A stretch of 64,000 nucleotides of DNA. Origin: Bdellovibrionales bacterium (GTDB lineage: Bacteria; Bdellovibrionota; Bdellovibrionia; Bdellovibrionales; UBA1609). Shown one piece after another: positions 60,779 through 64,000 of this stretch. The stretch's first letter is position 1. Each line of letters opens with the position of its first letter. The position numbers and the translations under genes were made by a program. The DNA lies in the NCBI GenBank assembly GCA_965199825.1, contig OZ241329.1, forward strand, positions 1,408,001-1,472,000. The letters are read 5' to 3'. The notes beneath the pieces are model-generated. The model saw only the letters and a program-made list of their open reading frames with translations. It had not been told where the DNA came from and did not search any database.

Positions 60779-61999
60779 ATGAAAACACTTAAACTCGTCA
60801 GCATGATCCCAAAACTCACAATCTCCTTTACCGCGGTCTTCGCTTTAGCAGGTTGTGGAGCCAATCACTTTTCATCAGTTGCCAAAGGCAATACAGGTTC
60901 CAACACTCAGACGGGTATACCCGACACACCTAGTACTGGTGGAAACCCAACTAACGGTGGCAATCCCACAAATGGTGGCAATCCAACGAATGGTGGCAAC
61001 CCCACAAACGGTGGCAATCCCACGAATGGTGGTAACCCCACAAACGGTGGCGATCCCACGAATGGTGGTAACCCTACAAACGGTGGCAATCCAACAAATG
61101 GCGGCAATCCCACCGGTGATCCTGGCGCGCCGCCAGTGGTTCAAAATCCAGATCCAACGCCTTCGTGTCAGCCAGTGACTTCGGTGACCGAGCCTCTCAA
61201 AATTTTAATCGCGATTGATAATACTGGGTCAAACGGCAGCAATCAGTACGCAGCAGAACTTCCTCCAAGCGGATTATTTTTGGGTTCTGATAATGACGAA
61301 CAATATCGTCAGAGTGCTACCCGCCAGCTTGTAAGCTCGCTTAAAGATTCTTCAAACGTCAGTTACAATTTAAGTTATTTTCAAGATTTGTTTACTGTGA
61401 GATGGCGTCCACACAACGAGCGCTATGCTCCAAATGCCCAATCCCTTTTAAACGATTCGACTACAGGTTCGCCAGGTTTCGGAAATTCACAAGCAATGCT
61501 CAGTGCACTTGATCAATTTCAAACTTTACAAGCTGATGGTCCAACCGAATATTTTACGGTTTTGAATCTGGCCCAACAAACAATTTTGGATGACCCACAA
61601 TTCAAAAACGGAAATCAGAACTATGCTTTTGTGATGATCACAGATGGTGAGCCCACAGAAAGAATTATTGGATCAAACTCTGATGGCAGCCCCATGGTCA
61701 GAACCTGGAATGGTGCAGCTGACGAAGCTGATTTGATTGCAGCAATAAAAAGTTTGATTGCCCTTTCGCCCGGACACATCACGGTCAATGCAGTTTTTTA
61801 TAACTCTCTCACAGAGAGCCAGCGCCAACAAATTTCATCGGCTAATTACGATGCGGTTGATCCAGATGCTCCACGACTTTTGCAAGAAATTGCGACTGCA
61901 GGTGGCGGCCAGTTTGCCAATCAGCATACAGCCGGTAGCGATCAGATTCATTTGACCGATGTTATCACCGTGCCTTCGGCCATTTGTTCACAAAAATAA
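60779..61999 (+). CDS. Lipoprotein with GGNPTN repeats and vWA domain
   Basis: Lipobox LAGC; MIDAS-like DNTGS, ITDGEP, LQEIATAGGG. Confidence 0.85.
   Translation: MKTLKLVSMIPKLTISFTAVFALAGCGANHFSSVAKGNTGSNTQTGIPDTPSTGGNPTNGGNPTNGGNPTNGGNPTNGGNPTNGGNPTNGGDPTNGGNPTNGGNPTNGGNPTGDPGAPPVVQNPDPTPSCQPVTSVTEPLKILIAIDNTGSNGSNQYAAELPPSGLFLGSDNDEQYRQSATRQLVSSLKDSSNVSYNLSYFQDLFTVRWRPHNERYAPNAQSLLNDSTTGSPGFGNSQAMLSALDQFQTLQADGPTEYFTVLNLAQQTILDDPQFKNGNQNYAFVMITDGEPTERIIGSNSDGSPMVRTWNGAADEADLIAAIKSLIALSPGHITVNAVFYNSLTESQRQQISSANYDAVDPDAPRLLQEIATAGGGQFANQHTAGSDQIHLTDVITVPSAICSQK
60938..61114 (+). repeat. About ten 18-bp coding tandem repeats (GGNPTN)
   Basis: GGT GGC AAT CCC ACA AAT-like units with synonymous variation; unit 7 encodes GGDPTN. 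Confidence 0.95.
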
Positions 62000-62146
62000 C
62001 TGAGACGAGAGGTGTTTTAAGATGCACCTCTCAAGCTCACTTTTTTTCAAACCTGTTTAGACATTGATGTACAAACTAAATCCAATCATCAAACAAAAAG
62101 GACCTAATGCAAATTCAGCTGGTCCTCATTTTGCTCTAACTCAAGA

Positions 62147-62596
62147 ATGAAAATCATTTTTATTTATTTAGTGCTGTCGGCTCAAGCTGTAATCGCATCC
62201 CCACTTCAATGCGTCCAAAAAGCTTTTGTTGATCAAAAAAATGAACTCAACCTTGATCAGCTTGTTCTCTTGTTTAGTGAAGCAGGCCCAGATTGCTCAA
62301 TCCAGACCGATTGCTATAAAAAAGCCGAAAAAGCCTTTAAAACATGTGACGCTAAAAGGCCGAACGACCTCAGAGCCTATTTGTGTTCTGGAACTACAAA
62401 TACCGACAAAACTATCGAATGTTTCCAAAACGCCAGCTCAATGAATGTTTCATTTAATTGTTCGCAACGAGCGATGCTTTGCCACAAAGCGCACAACATG
62501 GCGCCACTGCGCTGTGTGAAAGACACCCTAGCTGACAAAGTCATCACCGCAATCACCAACGAAAATATTGCGATACTTTGCACCGGGGCAAATTAA
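62147..62596 (+). CDS. Cys-rich secreted hypothetical protein
   Basis: Signal peptide; repeated C...LC units. Confidence 0.7.
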   Translation: MKIIFIYLVLSAQAVIASPLQCVQKAFVDQKNELNLDQLVLLFSEAGPDCSIQTDCYKKAEKAFKTCDAKRPNDLRAYLCSGTTNTDKTIECFQNASSMNVSFNCSQRAMLCHKAHNMAPLRCVKDTLADKVITAITNENIAILCTGAN

Positions 62597-62597
62597 T

Positions 62598-63557
62598 TTA
62601 TTTCTTTGCGAGTCGCAGACATGCGACTTTGAGTCCTCGAAGAATAAAATGAACAATGCTCTCGTCCTCATGCCGTTCTATGGATGAGGGAGCTTGATTT
62701 TTACCGTCTTTAGTCAAAACCATCTTTGCTCCGAGATTCATTAAAAAAGCCTCAAGTGGACTTCGATCACCTGTCTTTAATAATTTGATTCCTAATTTTT
62801 GATAGTTTCCACTCACATTCGCGCTGATCTGCTTGTCATTAATTTGAACCAAGCCGCGAGCGAAGTTCACCTTCCCCTCTAGCAAAACTCCATCGTCGAT
62901 TTTTAAAAATGGTGTGAGTTCTGAAAGATCAAAGTGCTCAAGTTTCATATTGAGTTCGCCACGAAAAGGACTTCGAAAAAAATTTCCTGCTCCTCTTAAT
63001 TCGATTTTTCCTGATTTTTCGATTAATGCGCGCAGATTGGCAGAATGAAGATTATCAATCGACCCCGATATCTTTGATACTTTGATTTCGCCCATCGCCC
63101 CTTGGGTCACCGAGCGATAAAAAAATTGTCCTTCACTGAGTTGTATCAAATCAATCGGGGGAAGGTCGGGCGAGTCTGTGGACTCCTTTTTTGCTTTGGG
63201 AGCATCGGTATCGGTCAAAACAATTTGAGGACGTCTAAACACTAAACTGTTGATGTGCAAATGACCGTAGAGAAGAGATTTTAAGGAAACATCAAGATCG
63301 ATGCGGTCTACTTCAACTTCGATTTGCGAGGTCTTACCCGATTGGTGTGACGCTTTAATATTTTTAAATGCCATTTTGCCGGGATGAAGAAGTGAGAGAT
63401 CGATCGGATCTAACCGAATTTTCCCGCTTTGATCGAATCCATTCATGCGACTCTCGATCCAGAGGCGGAGCGAGTAAGCGGCAATAACTTGAGTAGATAA
63501 AACAACCAACAAACCCATAACGATCACCAAAAGTGTTATCGTTATTGGTTTTTTCAT
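62598..63557 (-). CDS. DUF748/AsmA-like protein
   Basis: N-terminal TM anchor followed by a beta-rich region (SLKSLLYG.LHI, FDLSELTPF). Confidence 0.7.
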   Translation of the reverse strand: MKKPITITLLVIVMGLLVVLSTQVIAAYSLRLWIESRMNGFDQSGKIRLDPIDLSLLHPGKMAFKNIKASHQSGKTSQIEVEVDRIDLDVSLKSLLYGHLHINSLVFRRPQIVLTDTDAPKAKKESTDSPDLPPIDLIQLSEGQFFYRSVTQGAMGEIKVSKISGSIDNLHSANLRALIEKSGKIELRGAGNFFRSPFRGELNMKLEHFDLSELTPFLKIDDGVLLEGKVNFARGLVQINDKQISANVSGNYQKLGIKLLKTGDRSPLEAFLMNLGAKMVLTKDGKNQAPSSIERHEDESIVHFILRGLKVACLRLAKK

Positions 63558-63573
63558 CAGGTTTTATCTCCGA

Positions 63574-64000
63574 TTAATTTTGCCCTACCGCCATCTCGCA
63601 GTCTGGATCGATCAAGCAAAGTTGGGCCTCTGCAATTTTTTGGTCCATATCTTGTTCTTGATCTGGCTCTTCAGAGCCTTGCATGTCTTTAAGACCCTTA
63701 GCAACCTCATCTTGAAGCTCTTGCTTGGTTTTTGCCGCGACCATTTCCTTAGTCAATTTCACTCGACGGAATTCGTTGACGTAGACAATACCCTGACGTG
63801 AATTTTCATCAAGACCAGGATGGAGGATAAACATGCGATTTGTTTTCGCATCCAATTTCCAATTCGAAAGAAAGTAAGTTCCAAGCTTTACGCCCATCTC
63901 TGTCGCCAAAGCCACATACTTCATTCTTTTGTAATCTAACGCGGTTAACAACACAGTCGATTCAGCAAGATATCCATAAAATATCGCCATCCACTGAGCA
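63574..64000 (-). CDS. Hypothetical protein, 5' end outside the window
   Basis: Frame remains open to the window edge. Confidence 0.55.
   Translation of the reverse strand, partial: AQWMAIFYGYLAESTVLLTALDYKRMKYVALATEMGVKLGTYFLSNWKLDAKTNRMFILHPGLDENSRQGIVYVNEFRRVKLTKEMVAAKTKQELQDEVAKGLKDMQGSEEPDQEQDMDQKIAEAQLCLIDPDCEMAVGQN

Noticed and set aside
60855..61178. Alternative-frame repetitive ORFs over the GGNPTN repeat
   Set aside because: By-products of the tandem repeat; synonymous variation supports only the GGNPTN frame.

Overview
Bacterial chromosome segment, most likely from a Bdellovibrionota (Bdellovibrio-like) predator. This is inferred from gene content and order (pgpA-cinA-recA beside pilT-recX, mutY-tolB-like, rhlB, pcnB-tatA, transketolase-add, thiBPQ, nth, citrate synthase, menA-polyprenyl synthase) and from many orphan signal-peptide proteins. 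The segment from about 26 to 64 kb is mostly intact housekeeping genes. The segment from about 1 to 26 kb is accessory and surrounds a tmRNA gene (ssrA, 16503-16869, minus strand). It contains a HEPN protein, a stand-alone HsdR_N-like nuclease, gene fragments, three frameshifted orphan genes, a BrnTA toxin-antitoxin pair, an AAA+/DUF4143 protein, a TolC-RND pair and an HNH endonuclease. Four signals stand out. (1) An array of eight 11-bp GCGGGCACGAC motifs with unique spacers lies upstream of the HNH gene, and two inverted copies of the motif lie inside that gene. (2) A structured ~185-bp repeat is anchored on the ssrA 3' end, contains an inverted copy of the tmRNA T-arm/acceptor strand, and separates cargo cassettes; no integrase is present in the window. 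(3) A secreted 608-aa protein ends in a RelE-like domain. (4) Mirror-image G/T versus A/C strand skews flank the insertion sites. All protein family calls come from recognising motifs by eye; no searches were run.
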